A DNA stretch of 63,046 nt, the filler included, from Octopus bimaculoides (Eukaryota), in assembly GCF_001194135.2 (NCBI RefSeq). It is 8 parts of 8 records of this genome, joined end to end, with 100 filler letters (N's around TTAATTAATTAA, not from the genome) between each part and the next. Parts side by side here need not be neighbours in the genome. Positions count along the whole stretch, not along the records: positions 1 to 8,292 come from NC_068990.1; positions 8,393 to 18,271 come from NC_068988.1; 6 more parts are not named here. One strand, 5' to 3'. Within the stretch, counting starts at the first letter, position 1. Every line of letters begins with the position of its first letter. Below the pieces are notes generated by a model, which was not told the DNA's origin, ran no database searches, and worked only from the letters and a program-made list of their open reading frames with translations. Below are positions 1 through 12,017 of the stretch, in pieces. A program made the position numbers and the translations under genes.

Positions 1-1282
1 ATATATATATATATATATATATAATTAATTTTTAAAAAATGAAGAAAAAAAACAAAAGAAAAAACAACGTGAGAACGTAGAACATGCAAAGTATTAAAAG
101 ACGCTCAGGGAAGGAAAGAAAGGGCGTTTTACGTTTCGAGCAAAGCTCTTCTTCAGAAACAGGAGACGGAGCAAAGTTCAAGAGAAAAGGAAAACGGAGG
201 GGGAAAATAAATATTCAGTTTGCTGTCAATTTATCGATAACAGTTGTTGGAAATATAATTGAAAGAAAATAATAGTTCAAATCACCAGTTATTAGAAGGA
301 AGGTAAATATTCGAAATAGAGAAAATAGGTTAACAAGGAAGTGTTATACTGTAATGATTCACTTAAATATGCCTTTGTAATTAAAATATGTAATTAAAAT
401 ATGTGTTATACTGTCATGATTTACTTAAATATGCTTTTGTCATTAAAATATGTACGTTGTGTCATGTTTATGTTCGTAGTCTGAAAACCATTGTAATTTA
501 TGTCCCTTTATGGCATTTTATGATACCTGTCTACAATCTGCAGTGTTTGAATAAATGTTTGAAAATGGTACAAATGCTTTTAACGTACAAAGAAATTATT
601 TCAAAAAAATTATATTTTTTAAAACAAAGTGTTAGAATCTCACATTGTAGCCAATTGCACATACTTGTGTTTACAAATCTGAAGTACACAGGCTTTTAAA
701 CTATAAACATAAACATTCACACACGCACAAAGACACAAACATATATACACACATAAAATATACTAGTTTTTACATTTTAATAAAAATAATTATTTTATTA
801 GAAAGTAATAGCATAACCTTTTAAAAAGAATTTATTTTATTTCTGCTGTAATTCGATTAATTGTTGATGCGAGCTACAAGTTGTTTAAGTGCTTCGGTTA
901 TTAGTGTGGTTAAAGATTAGATAATGACTGTGTTTCTAATAATAGGGATATTAAATGGATGAGATATTGTGTAAAATCATATATTGGGACAGAAAATTAG
1001 TAAAGTGTAATAAAAAATAGAATTATATGGTCAAATAGTAGTTCGACAATCATAAATATTATACCAATAAGAATTAACTCAAGGATTTATAAATTCTTAT
1101 ATATACAGTAAGAAATTCTTTCGTTATGTTTGTTAAGGACGTTTTTCTTTGACAAATAATTTGGCCGCTAAGCTCTATAGAAAGATAACCCTTGCAAAAA
1201 AGATAACAATCCATGATATAAGCAAAACTTGTAACACAACTACATAAAATTGCCTAATTTATATTTCATTACTTTTACGCTT

Positions 1283-1323
<41 letters not shown>

Positions 1324-2615
1324 TAATAAATCTATCTGGGAAAGATCTATGTAAAGACTTATCTTCTATACACGTTCATTCATCAACCTACCATATTGTC
1401 TAAGTTAACATTTATGCCTACATTACATACATATACGTATACATACACACACGCATACGCTCATATATATATGCATATATGTGTGGGAGGTGTATGCGTG
1501 TGTGTGTGCGTGTGTGTACGTGTGCATGCGTGTGTGCGCGTGCGTGCGATGTTCTCCAGTCTTTGACTGGTATATACTTATGGTCATCGTTATTACCAAT
1601 ACTGTTTGACACAACAGTTAATAATGCAGGCTTCAAACTTTCGATGAACACGTCACTTCACTTAGACTCCTGATGTCAAAATTTCTCTGAAATAACACCC
1701 TGTCATCTTAAAAGAAGAGAAATGTCATTGGGTAATGTTGTCCTAAATACAATACGCGTTCAGATAAAAGATAGAATTGCCGCCACTTGCGAGTTTATGA
1801 TTACAGGTCTGGTTGATCAGTGCTGGCCTCAGTTAAACAACAACATGAACAAGATCATCACTTAGAACATCAACAAAAACTACAAAAGCTTTTGTGATGG
1901 CAACTCTGTGCAGTTACTGATCTGGTAGAAATATCGACCAAATTTCATTCAAATCGCACCTACCACTGTCAAAAGAAAGAAGGGGAGAGACACTTTCAGT
2001 AAAGTAGCCCTGTATATTCTATGTCTGAATAAAAGACGGAATGTTCATACTCGGAATATATCTGGTCATTCATCTGGTTAGGGCTGGCCTGTGTTTAAAC
2101 AAAAGCAGTGGCTCTGTGAATTATAATGATTACGTTTCGCCCTAAGTCAGCCGATTGAGTAAGCCTATGATAAAGCTGTCCTAGCCATGACCACTCTGTA
2201 TTTTTGTATGTCCAAGACTGCACTATAAAGCATAGACTTTTAATGATAATGGGATATGATATGGTGTAGAGGTTGCTGTTATTTATAGGAGATCGAATGA
2301 AGTAGTGGTTCATTCATTTCTCATCTGTGGATGATATAATGGGATTGAAGTTATACGTCTCTTATAAATATCATGTGCGAATACGATGAAATGGTGGTAT
2401 GCTCTCGATAGACCGAGTTTCTGATGCCATTTCATTCCCGATTGAGCCATATTCCATTTCGTTTACTTTGTATCTGCAGCGTTTGACTGTAGTTCGGAGA
2501 GTAACGAAAAAGTAGATAGTAGATGGGTCGCCAAAATCACACGACCATGGCACATTACACAGAAGACGTTTCATTTCATGCTATTTAACATAAATAGTTC
2601 AGATAACTGCGTAAA

Positions 2616-2648
<33 letters not shown>

Positions 2649-3580
2649 NNNNNNNNNNNNNNNNNNNNNNNNNNNNNNNNNNNNNNNNNNNNNNNNNNNN
2701 NNNNNNNNNNNNNNNNNNNNNNNNNNNNNNNNNNNNNNNNNNNNNNNNNNNNNNNNNNNNNNNNNNNNNNNNNNNNNNNNNNNNNNNNNNNNNNNNNNNN
2801 NNNNNNNNNNNNNNNNNNNNNNNNNNNNNNNNNNNNNNNNNNNNNNNNNNNNNNNNNNNNNNNNNNNNNNNNNNNNNNNNNNNNNNNNNNNNNNNNNNNN
2901 NNNNNNNNNNNNNNNNNNNNNNNNNNNNNNNNNNNNNNNNNNNNNNNNNNNNNNNNNNNNNNNNNNNNNNNNNNNNNNNNNNNNNNNNNNNNNNNNNNNN
3001 NNNNNNNNNNNNNNNNNNNNNNNNNNNNNNNNNNNNNNNNNNNNNNNNNNNNNNNNNNNNNNNNNNNNNNNNNNNNNNNNNNNNNNNNNNNNNNNNNNNN
3101 NNNNNNNNNNNNNNNNNNNNNNNNNNNNNNNNNNNNNNNNNNNNNNNNNNNNNNNNNNNNNNNNNNNNNNNNNNNNNNNNNNNNNNNNNNNNNNNNNNNN
3201 NNNNNNNNNNNNNNNNNNNNNNNNNNNNNNNNNNNNNNNNNNNNNNNNNNNNNNNNNNNNNNNNNNNNNNNNNNNNNNNNNNNNNNNNNNNNNNNNNNNN
3301 NNNNNNNNNNNNNNNNNNNNNNNNNNNNNNNNNNNNNNNNNNNNNNNNNNNNNNNNNNNNNNNNNNNNNNNNNNNNNNNNNNNNNNNNNNNNNNNNNNNN
3401 NNNNNNNNNNNNNNNNNNNNNNNNNNNNNNNNNNNNNNNNNNNNNNNNNNNNNNNNNNNNNNNNNNNNNNNNNNNNNNNNNNNNNNNNNNNNNNNNNNNN
3501 NNNNNNNNNNNNNNNNNNNNNNNNNNNNNNNNNNNNNNNNNNNNNNNNNNNNNNNNNNNNNNNNNNNNNNNNNNNNNNNT

Positions 3581-3896
3581 TAGGGTTAGGGTTAGGGTTA
3601 GGGTTAAAGCAAATTTAAAATGAAAAAAGCAAATAAAACGAAGGTATGGAGATTAAATACGCTTTACATCGCTTAATCAGCCAAGGAGTAAATGTAAACA
3701 ACTGAATACTTGTCAGTGAATGGTTGAAATTATCGAAATATGACAATTTTTTACATGAAATAAATTCGAATACAAAAATATTTTTCTGTTCTATAACACA
3801 AAATAGATAAGTATACGAAGTTTGAAAGTCTTTCCGTACCAAAAACACTACGTAAAACATTAATGAAAAATGTGGCCCCCGTTTTAAAAAAGATCC
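3581..3896. mobile_element. Right arm of long-TIR MITE family carrying internal (TTAGGG)n; left part lost in N gap
   Basis: 3705-3896 aligns by eye with 7260-7448 (..cagtgaatggttgaaattatcgaaata.. / ..cagtgattggttgaaattaccgaaata.., ending gatcc). Preceded by (tagggt)4. Confidence 0.7.
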
Positions 3897-4707
3897 AAAT
3901 AAGTACCAGTTAAGCACTAGGGTCGGTATGATCGACTAGCTCCCTCCTCCAAAATTTCAGGCTTTATGCCTGTAGTAGAAAAGATTATTATTAAATCGGA
4001 GATAGTACTGGATAAACACAATCACTAGAGTGTTGCACAAGCTACTGTGCAGCATGTGTTCCTGTTGTGTACGTTCTAGGTTCAAATCATCTAGAGATCA
4101 AGTTTGCTTTTCATCCTTCCGGAGTCGATAGAATAACGTACTAGCAAGATAATGAGGACGATGGTATCGACTAAATCTTCTCCCTATGCCTATATTAGAA
4201 ATACTCATCGAGTCAGTGAGAACAATTGATTAGCAGAATGTAATGATGCAATTTCATTCCCGAATGAAATTGTCGCTATTTCTTCCGGTTCTTTATGGAT
4301 TGAATTCAAATTCCGCCGAGGTCACCTTTGCCTTTCATCCTTCCGGGGTCAGTAACATAAAGTATCTGTCACGTTCTAAAATTGACATAACTGAATACTC
4401 CTTTCCCGCCAAAAAATGATTATTATTCAGTCAGTGTTGATACGGTCTTGGATGAAATGTATTGTGGTATATGCTTATACCCATTTACGTTCTGATTTCA
4501 GATCTCACCAGGATCTACTTAGCATTTCAGCCTTCCGAGCTCAATAGAACCAATCAAAAACTGGTGTCATTTAATTCTATTGCACTCCACCCCTAACATT
4601 TTTGGCACTGTATTTCAATGAGAAATCGTCACCAAAGAATTGAAATGGCGATGGATCAGAGGAATCATTAGAACATCGAACAAAATACTTTGCAATATTT
4701 AGTGAAA

Positions 4708-5450
4708 CTAGCGGGACCCGTGAAAATTTCACGAAACAAAAAAAAATAAATAAATGGAGCTATTTAAAAAAGAAAGGATGATTTGCATTTTCTATTACAT
4801 ATAAATCTTATTGTTGCCTGTGCAATAAATGATACAAAAACATACAAGAAACATCTATACAATACTTAATATACATATCATTGTTAGTGTTTAATTGTAT
4901 TGAAACTGCAAGATCAATATATAATTGCATATTATTCCTTATTACGCAATATTTTATCACAATTACTTTACATTATATACAATTAATGAACACAAACCCA
5001 TATAGAGAATACACACAATGTTTTTATTGACATGAATAGTTTCAATTCCATTACAAATTTTATAAAAGTAATATCCACTGCTATTTTGCTAAGTTACTTC
5101 ACTGCCAGTCACGATAATATACGGTTTTAAAATTTCCCTCTGCTAAAAATTTTCTCCCTCTCTCTCTCTCTTCTCTCTATGCCCTTCAACAAACTTCTTA
5201 ACCATGTAAATTCCCTCTTCCCGTCGATAGCATTTCTTTCTCCTTTTCTTCACTTCTCACTTCCATTAGCCATGTCACAATGTAATGCATAGGTTGGCTA
5301 TCAACTATTATCCCTCGCTCCACTCCCCCTCTCCCCTCTCTCACACACACACGCTCTCCCCTCTCTCTAACTCTCACTCCACCGTCACCTGTCTCCAATT
5401 AACTAAAGCGTTACGTGCGAACGAACGAACAAGCACAATTATAATATAGA
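4708..5450 (-). mobile_element. Non-autonomous Helitron
   Basis: Minus strand starts TCTATATTATAA and ends with hairpin cgtgaa-att-ttcacg, then ggtcccg-CTAG|T. The 5' flank is C rather than the canonical A. Confidence 0.55.
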
Positions 5451-5488
5451 GTCTATGTTCTCAATATGAGAAGCAACATTATTTGTTA

Positions 5489-7515
5489 CTAGCAGAAAGA
5501 CAACTCTCCAGGCGGTTTTCTACTAGCCACTCGATAATATTTCCACATTTGATTCCCAATTCTAATAACTTTTATGATGTTTTATGTCTAATTATTTCTT
5601 AGTATAATAGTGCTCACTTGCTTAGTAAATATTGCTTTCATTATTTTATCAGTCATAATCTCTATTTTTTAAACAAACATTAAGGTAGTCTAAGTTTAGT
5701 GTGCAAAAAAATAGCAGCGATCACATAGAGATGTTTTAATACCTTTAGCGTATAAAATAGCCATAGCAACAAATTCACTTGATAATTCTAAGATAACGAC
5801 GGAAAGAAAATAAGGCACATGAGTTCGAAGTTTCAGTAAGTTTTAATAAATTGTCCGATATATTTTTTCCAGTCTGTATAAACAATAAACTGAGGGCATT
5901 TACACGGCGAATTTAAGTCAACAAAATACCTGATTTCCTCATCTGAAATAACGAAGAAAAACTTGAAATGAAAAAATTGCAATGAATATATGTTAAGCAA
6001 ATTATTATTAATGAAAATAATTAGAGGCGAGAGAGAGAGTGAGAGACTGTGTTGCAAATGAAAACGAAAAATTTCGCCAGAACATAATATTGTTTATCAA
6101 ATGTTAAAACCTACTCTGCAGTGAACGTAAAGCTTGGCAACGAATATTTAAATTTGTGATATTAAATGATAACAGACGCTTCGAAACTGTCTTTTTATCG
6201 ATATATATTAACAGGGAAATTCATAAAAATTTTCCAGACAGTCAAACCTATAAAACTATCTTGTACCGAATATTTGAATTTGTGAACTTGAAATAAAAGG
6301 AAGTTCAGAAAGTAAATTTTCTTGAAAACTTCAATTTATACAAAATCTCACTTCTTTGAGTAATTTATCTCTAATTTAAACAAACTTCAGGGTAACCCAA
6401 CGATATTTAGCGTGCTAAAAATAGCAGCGATCACATAGTTATTATTGTAAGGTTTATAGCGTTCTAAACAGCCATACCAACAAAATTACTCCTTAATTTG
6501 TTTTTTCAAAATTATACCGGTATATTAAAAAATTTCATTTTATCAAAAACTCCGGAAACTGATATTCTTAAAATTGTGCCTCATATCATAAGCCTCAAAG
6601 TTATACAGCTATTTTGTCTAATAGTATTCATTCATTCAATAAATATGTTATATATATATATATATTACGAATATAGAATAAACTGTGGGTTTTGCAAATA
6701 GCGAATTAAAACTTGAAATAGAGGCGAGAGAGAGTGTGAGAGATTGTTGCAAATGAATAGTATTGTTTATTAAACATTAAAATCTACTCCGCAGTGAATG
6801 CAATGAATATTTAAATTTGCGAAAAGTTCAAATATTCAATAAACTTCAGAAATTGGATCTTTCTGATTTGGCGGACGCCACTTGTTTTCTTAACGAAACA
6901 CTTTCAAACTTGGGTCACTGGTAGAATGTGTCATATAAAACATCTTTTACTCTTAGTGTTATTGAGAAAATTTTATCTTTTTAAAGTTATTCCGTGTTAA
7001 AGTTGTAGTATTTCGGTAATTTCAACCAATCACTGACGTCTATTGAGGTGAAAACAAATACTGCTAAAACCCGAACCCTAACCCTAAAACCCTAAAGCTA
7101 AAACCAGTACAAACGCACGAATGATGTCATAGATAACAGTACCGCCGATGGTTGTTGTTGACAAACAACGGCACTAATTTTATTCAAGGGAAAAGATCCC
7201 ATTACACTGCACAACGTTTTGTTGACAATTCACAGCAGTAATTGTTTTCACCTCAATAGACGTCAGTGATTGGTTGAAATTACCGAAATACGACAACTTT
7301 TAAAATGAAATAACTTCGAATATAACTTTTTTTCTCTGTTCTATAAGACAAAATATACAAGTATACGAAGTTTTAAAGTGTTTCGGTAGAAAACACACTA
7401 AATAAGACATAGATAAAAAAAATGGTGCCCGCCAAATCAGAAGGATCCCAGAAACTGAAATTACAGGATATTTCTTCGAACATGAATTTATAAAAAAAAA
7501 ATTCTAGACGGTCAT
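5489..7515 (-). mobile_element. Non-autonomous Helitron (same family as 32745-34824), internally duplicated and interrupted by a MITE
   Basis: 5489-5680 is the reverse complement of 34640-34824 (3' hairpin + CTAG|T). 6400-6640 is the reverse complement of 32780-33200. 5690-6130 is repeated at 6400-6830. Confidence 0.7.
6855..7448. mobile_element. Long-TIR MITE with 8-bp TSD (Merlin/MULE/hAT-like size class), internal CCCTAA repeats
   Basis: Termini ggatctttctgatttggcgg / ccgccaaatcagaaggatcc. Inner inverted block 7008-7066 vs 7234-7291. TSD cagaaatt (6847-6854) / cagaaact (7449-7456). Confidence 0.8.
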
Positions 7516-7731
7516 GCCATTAATAGTTGGTTTCTTTTAGTAACTATTACATACCTATTTATTAAGCAGCTTTCTCCATTGTAATATGGATAATATAGAA
7601 GATAGAAAGATGACGCAGAGTAAAAAAAAAGAAACCTCTTCTACTTAAGAGGCCTAAACAGTGGTGCGTTCAAAATCATGCAAAACTTTATCACCATATT
7701 TCAAATGGCTGTGTTAAGCCATGATTACTAC

Positions 7732-7778
<47 letters not shown>

Positions 7779-8253
7779 GTAGTAGCAGTAGTAATTAATT
7801 CAACTGTGTATCTCCTAAAACAAAAAGTTATGATCTAAGTTAGAACCGATTAAAGTAGTATGGAGCTGTGGTCTAACAAAATCGTTAGAGCATTAGAAAA
7901 AAATATATGATGAGGCTGTTTTTTTACCGGCTCTTTACATTCTGAGTTCAAATCCAGCCGAGGTCAACTTTGCTTTTCATCTCTACTGGATGAGCCAATA
8001 AACTAAATTAGTAATAGCCGAGTGCTGAGGCCGATAGTATCAACTTAACCCTTCTCAGAATTGCTGGTCTTGTGCCTAAATTAGAAATATGATGAAGGGC
8101 TACAGCAGGGTTCTCCAACAATCGGGTTGCAGACTAGTACCGGGTCATAGATCATTTAGTATCGGGCCGCACAGAAAGAAATTTTATTTCTATCTTGACT
8201 AACGCATTCTGCAGGGTATTTTTTCATATGTGCAAATGTGTGTATATATACAA

Positions 8254-8292
<39 letters not shown>

Positions 8293-8392
8293 NNNNNNNN
8301 NNNNNNNNNNNNNNNNNNNNNNNNNNNNNNNNNNNNTTAATTAATTAANNNNNNNNNNNNNNNNNNNNNNNNNNNNNNNNNNNNNNNNNNNN

Positions 8393-9420
8393 TAGAAATA
8401 AGAATGTTGTTCTAATTTAAATATAAATAGAAAAAGAATAAAGTCATTCGCACTTATTTCTTCTCAAATCATATATGGATCAGCTAGAGAGTATAATGAA
8501 CGATGAAGATAAAAGGTTAATGTGGATAAAGAAACCAGAAATCAAGATTTTGTAAAGAATCAGAAGGGGCAAGGCTGACATCGTGACTGAGGAAGATTTC
8601 AAGAAGGAATGATGAACAGTAGCGGCTCAAATGCAGCCATGGAAAATCTATGTAGGTAATGAATAAAGATGAAGTTAATATTTCCACCAGGAACACAAGA
8701 ACTACCAGGAAGAGGCGCAAACAAGCAAAACAGTAAATATAAGTCAGATAAAAAAAAAACAAAGGAAAATAAAGTTTAATACTAAAAAGAAAGGCATTTC
8801 ACAAAATAAAGGACACAATCCGAACCAATTTTAAGTTCTACCTAAAAGTTGTTAACTGGCGTTGATAAATTGGGATAAACTGCCGCTTTGCCTATCGATA
8901 ACCATGTAAATGAACCTGTGGATGTGTGAAAAGTGTGGTTTACTTAGACCAGATAGCCAGCGTGTTTCATTGATCCCCAACGATTCTATTCTGAAAGATA
9001 TCTTGATAGGCTAAAATAGTAGGTTTTTTGGGTTTTTTTGCCGAAGGTGTTTTGACCATTCGACCAGTGACAGACACTTTTTATAGGATGATTCATGAAA
9101 TCAAATGTATACTAGTCTTAGAAAAGTCCGAGAAGTTAAATAGGTGTTTTTTTTTTCTTTTTTGTTTTTAACTGAATTTGCAGCTGAGATAAAGTATACG
9201 GTGATGGAATAGCATACAAGACAGAAAAAAAGACGTGAATATCGTATAAACGAATGCAGAATTTTAACATAATTGAATTAAAAATAGATTATCTGTTTTC
9301 CTAATTAATTGTAAATAATTATGAACCTTGTGCGCTAACTACAAAATTAGTACTTTGAACACCTGTAAAAATATGAATTATTTCAATCTAATTTTATCAC
9401 GGTTACCATATGTCTCTTTA
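8393..9420 (+). repeat. ~1-kb dispersed repeat, copy 1 (copy 2 at 16225-17250)
   Basis: Collinear shared blocks such as tcatatatggatcagctaga, gataaactgccgcttt, ttagaccagatagc, cagctgagata.agtatac, aattttatc.c.gtt. Confidence 0.75.
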
Positions 9421-9650
9421 CACACACACGCGCGCGCGCGCGTATATATATTTGATTTTCTTTATATATTTGATTCTCTATATTTAATACTCAATATTTC
9501 ATATATTCAATAAGACATTCAACACTTCATTTCATTTTTCATTTTACCATTTATATTATATTATATATTCCATATTCTATATCCCACATTAATTTTATAA
9601 GAACATAAATAAAACATAAAAAACAGACAGAGTTGGAACTCTTTTAAATA

Positions 9651-9686
<36 letters not shown>

Positions 9687-10199
9687 NNNNNNNNNNNNNN
9701 NNNNNNNNNNNNNNNNNNNNNNNNNNNNNNNNNNNNNNNNNNNNNNNNNNNNNNNNNNNNNNNNNNNNNNNNNNNNNNNNNNNNNNNNNNNNNNNNNNNN
9801 NNNNNNNNNNNNNNNNNNNNNNNNNNNNNNNNNNNNNNNNNNNNNNNNNNNNNNNNNNNNNNNNNNNNNNNNNNNNNNNNNNNNNNNNNNNNNNNNNNNN
9901 NNNNNNNNNNNNNNNNNNNNNNNNNNNNNNNNNNNNNNNNNNNNNNNNNNNNNNNNNNNNNNNNNNNNNNNNNNNNNNNNNNNNNNNNNNNNNNNNNNNN
10001 NNNNNNNNNNNNNNNNNNNNNNNNNNNNNNNNNNNNNNNNNNNNNNNNNNNNNNNNNNNNNNNNNNNNNNNNNNNNNNNNNNNNNNNNNNNNNNNGCTGG
10101 TTGCTTAAATAGTAAAACGTTTTTTCTTACACGTACACACACACAAAATATATACAAAAAGGGGAGAATAATATATAACAAAAAATACAAAATCATGTG

Positions 10200-10288
10200 T
10201 AGAAGAAGAAGAAGAAGAAGAAGGAGGAGGAGGAGGAGGAGGAGGAGAAGAAGAAGAAGAAGAAGAAGAAGAAGAAGAAGAAGAAGAA
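10200..10288 (+). repeat. (GAA)n/(GAG)n trinucleotide tract
   Basis: Direct reading. Confidence 0.95.
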
Positions 10289-10522
10289 ATAAGTAAATGA
10301 AATAATGATAAAATTAAATATAAATATGAAATAAAAATAAAGATAATAAAGATAAGATTAATAGTAACTGAGAACGGAAGGGGAAAGAGGGTTAATTCTA
10401 TCAAAAATAAAAAAATGGAATATTTTGGAGTAGTAAATATTGTTGTGAATTATCAAAAGATAACCGATGAGGTGCCTACTGACTTGAGGTAACCTACTCA
10501 GTTCTCACACATGGTATGGTGT

Positions 10523-10567
<45 letters not shown>

Positions 10568-10677
10568 TATACTAGCATAGTACACGCCTCTTAACCCTTA
10601 TACCTATGCATGTACACACAAATATGCATACACGCATACATACATACATACACGCATACATACAAATATATAAATAA

Positions 10678-10926
10678 ATGCGCCCTTTTAAAGCCTATCC
10701 AGGCTCATGGGCCCGGTTTCCCGGTTTCAATGGCGTACGTGCTCCCCAGCTGGACGGGACGCCAGTCCATCGCAGCGTGACTCATTTTTGCCAGCTGAGT
10801 GGACTGGAGCAACGTGAAATGAAGTGTTTTGCTCAAGAACACAACGCGTCGCCCGGTCCAGGAATCGAAACCACAATCTTACGATCATGATGCTGACACC
10901 TTAACCACTACGCCACGCGCCTCCAC
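10678..10926 (-). mobile_element. tRNA-derived SINE (family also at 28780-29012)
   Basis: Minus strand begins gtggaggcgcgtggcgtagtggttaagg ... ggtttcgattcctgg (pol III A and B boxes). Homologous copy at 28780-29012. Confidence 0.75.
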
Positions 10927-11122
10927 CATACATACATATACACATACATATGCATACACACACATACACAGACATATATATGTACATATATACACTTACA
11001 TACTCATACACACAGAGAAAGGGGAGGAAAAACATCTATATATAACATTTTGAATGCATAAAATAGTACATACAAGAGTATATAATCATATGTAGTTTTC
11101 ATTATTGCATTTATGTGTGTAC

Positions 11123-11210
11123 GTGGAGGCGCAATGGCCCAGTGGTTAGGGCAGCGAACTCACGGTCATAGGATCGCGGTTTCGATTCCCAGACCGGGCA
11201 TTGTGAGTGT
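11123..11210 (+). mobile_element. tRNA-head fragment of SINE family at 14073-14462
   Basis: Near-identical to the first 88 bp of 14073-14462. Confidence 0.8.
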
Positions 11211-11289
11211 ATCTTAGATAAAATAGTGAGAATTTTCGACAAATGCTTCTCTTCGCTATCAGTCATGGTTTCAAATCGGCCAAAGCTAC

Positions 11290-11760
11290 TCAAGAGATTT
11301 ATACTTTGTACGGAGAAGGTACTATTGCTGAAAGAAATGCGCAGACATTGTTTTTACGCTTCATGGAGGAGATCTTCAACCTCACAGACTCTTTGCGTTC
11401 CCGCTGACCTGTTCAGTTCAATGGAGATCGATTGAAACGACCTCATTCATGAGGATCCGCACCAATGCACAAGTGATTTGGCCCTGCGGATCGGACGCAC
11501 TCATGATACTGTCACCTGTTGTCTTCACTAGAAGAGTAATCTAGCAGAAACGACCCGACCAGCGACACGGTGTCCTACTTCAGCACGACAATGATCGCTC
11601 AATCGTTCTAATTTGAACATGACTATATTTCAAGAAATCGCTTGAGAAGTTATAAAGCACCCACCATATTCTCATTCTGAGCTAATTCTCTAATACAATG
11701 TTGCGGACCCTCATCAATGAGCTCGTTTCAATCGATCCTCATTGCAAGATGTTTCGTTCC
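11290..11760 (+). mobile_element. Decayed mariner (Tc1/mariner) transposase remnant with internal inverted duplication
   Basis: Translates to NDLIHEDPHQCTSDLA (mariner HTH region) and VIKHPPYS (HPPYSPDL motif). 11418-11460 and 11700-11744 are inverted copies. Confidence 0.7.
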
Positions 11761-12017
11761 ACAACTATTTGTCAAAATTATCGCTAAAAAATAACGATTA
11801 AAATATATGGAAAAATGTATGAACGAATTTATACGACATCCAGTATATACATACATATATATACATGCACAAATGAATTAGAAACAGTTTGAGGTATATA
11901 AACAAAATCGAACGCACATACACAGAACTAACAACACCCCACCACCTGTATAAGCGTGTTCGATTTTGTTTATATATATATATATATGAATATATGTAAA
12001 TAAAGTTATCAACATAC

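Noticed and set aside
1040-1200. ITKEFLTV segment as a Grl TM7
   Set aside because: No phase-0 acceptor in frame, no TY/QF motif and not hydrophobic enough.
2095-2320. Possible Grl 3' exon (MNEPLL.. after ccacag)
   Set aside because: That frame stops after 12 codons, has no TYxxxxxQ motif, and overlaps a dispersed repeat also seen at 1680-2100 and 50320-50470.
3581-3604. (TTAGGG)4 next to a gap as a true telomere
   Set aside because: Followed by a MITE arm, and the same family carries the hexamer internally at 7070-7095; the window continues on both sides.
8337-8348. ttaattaattaa 12-mer embedded in N runs (also near 18316, 25597, 55187, 58983, 60432, 61871)
   Set aside because: Always identical and always between N blocks, so it is a scaffolding or gap marker rather than a biological repeat.
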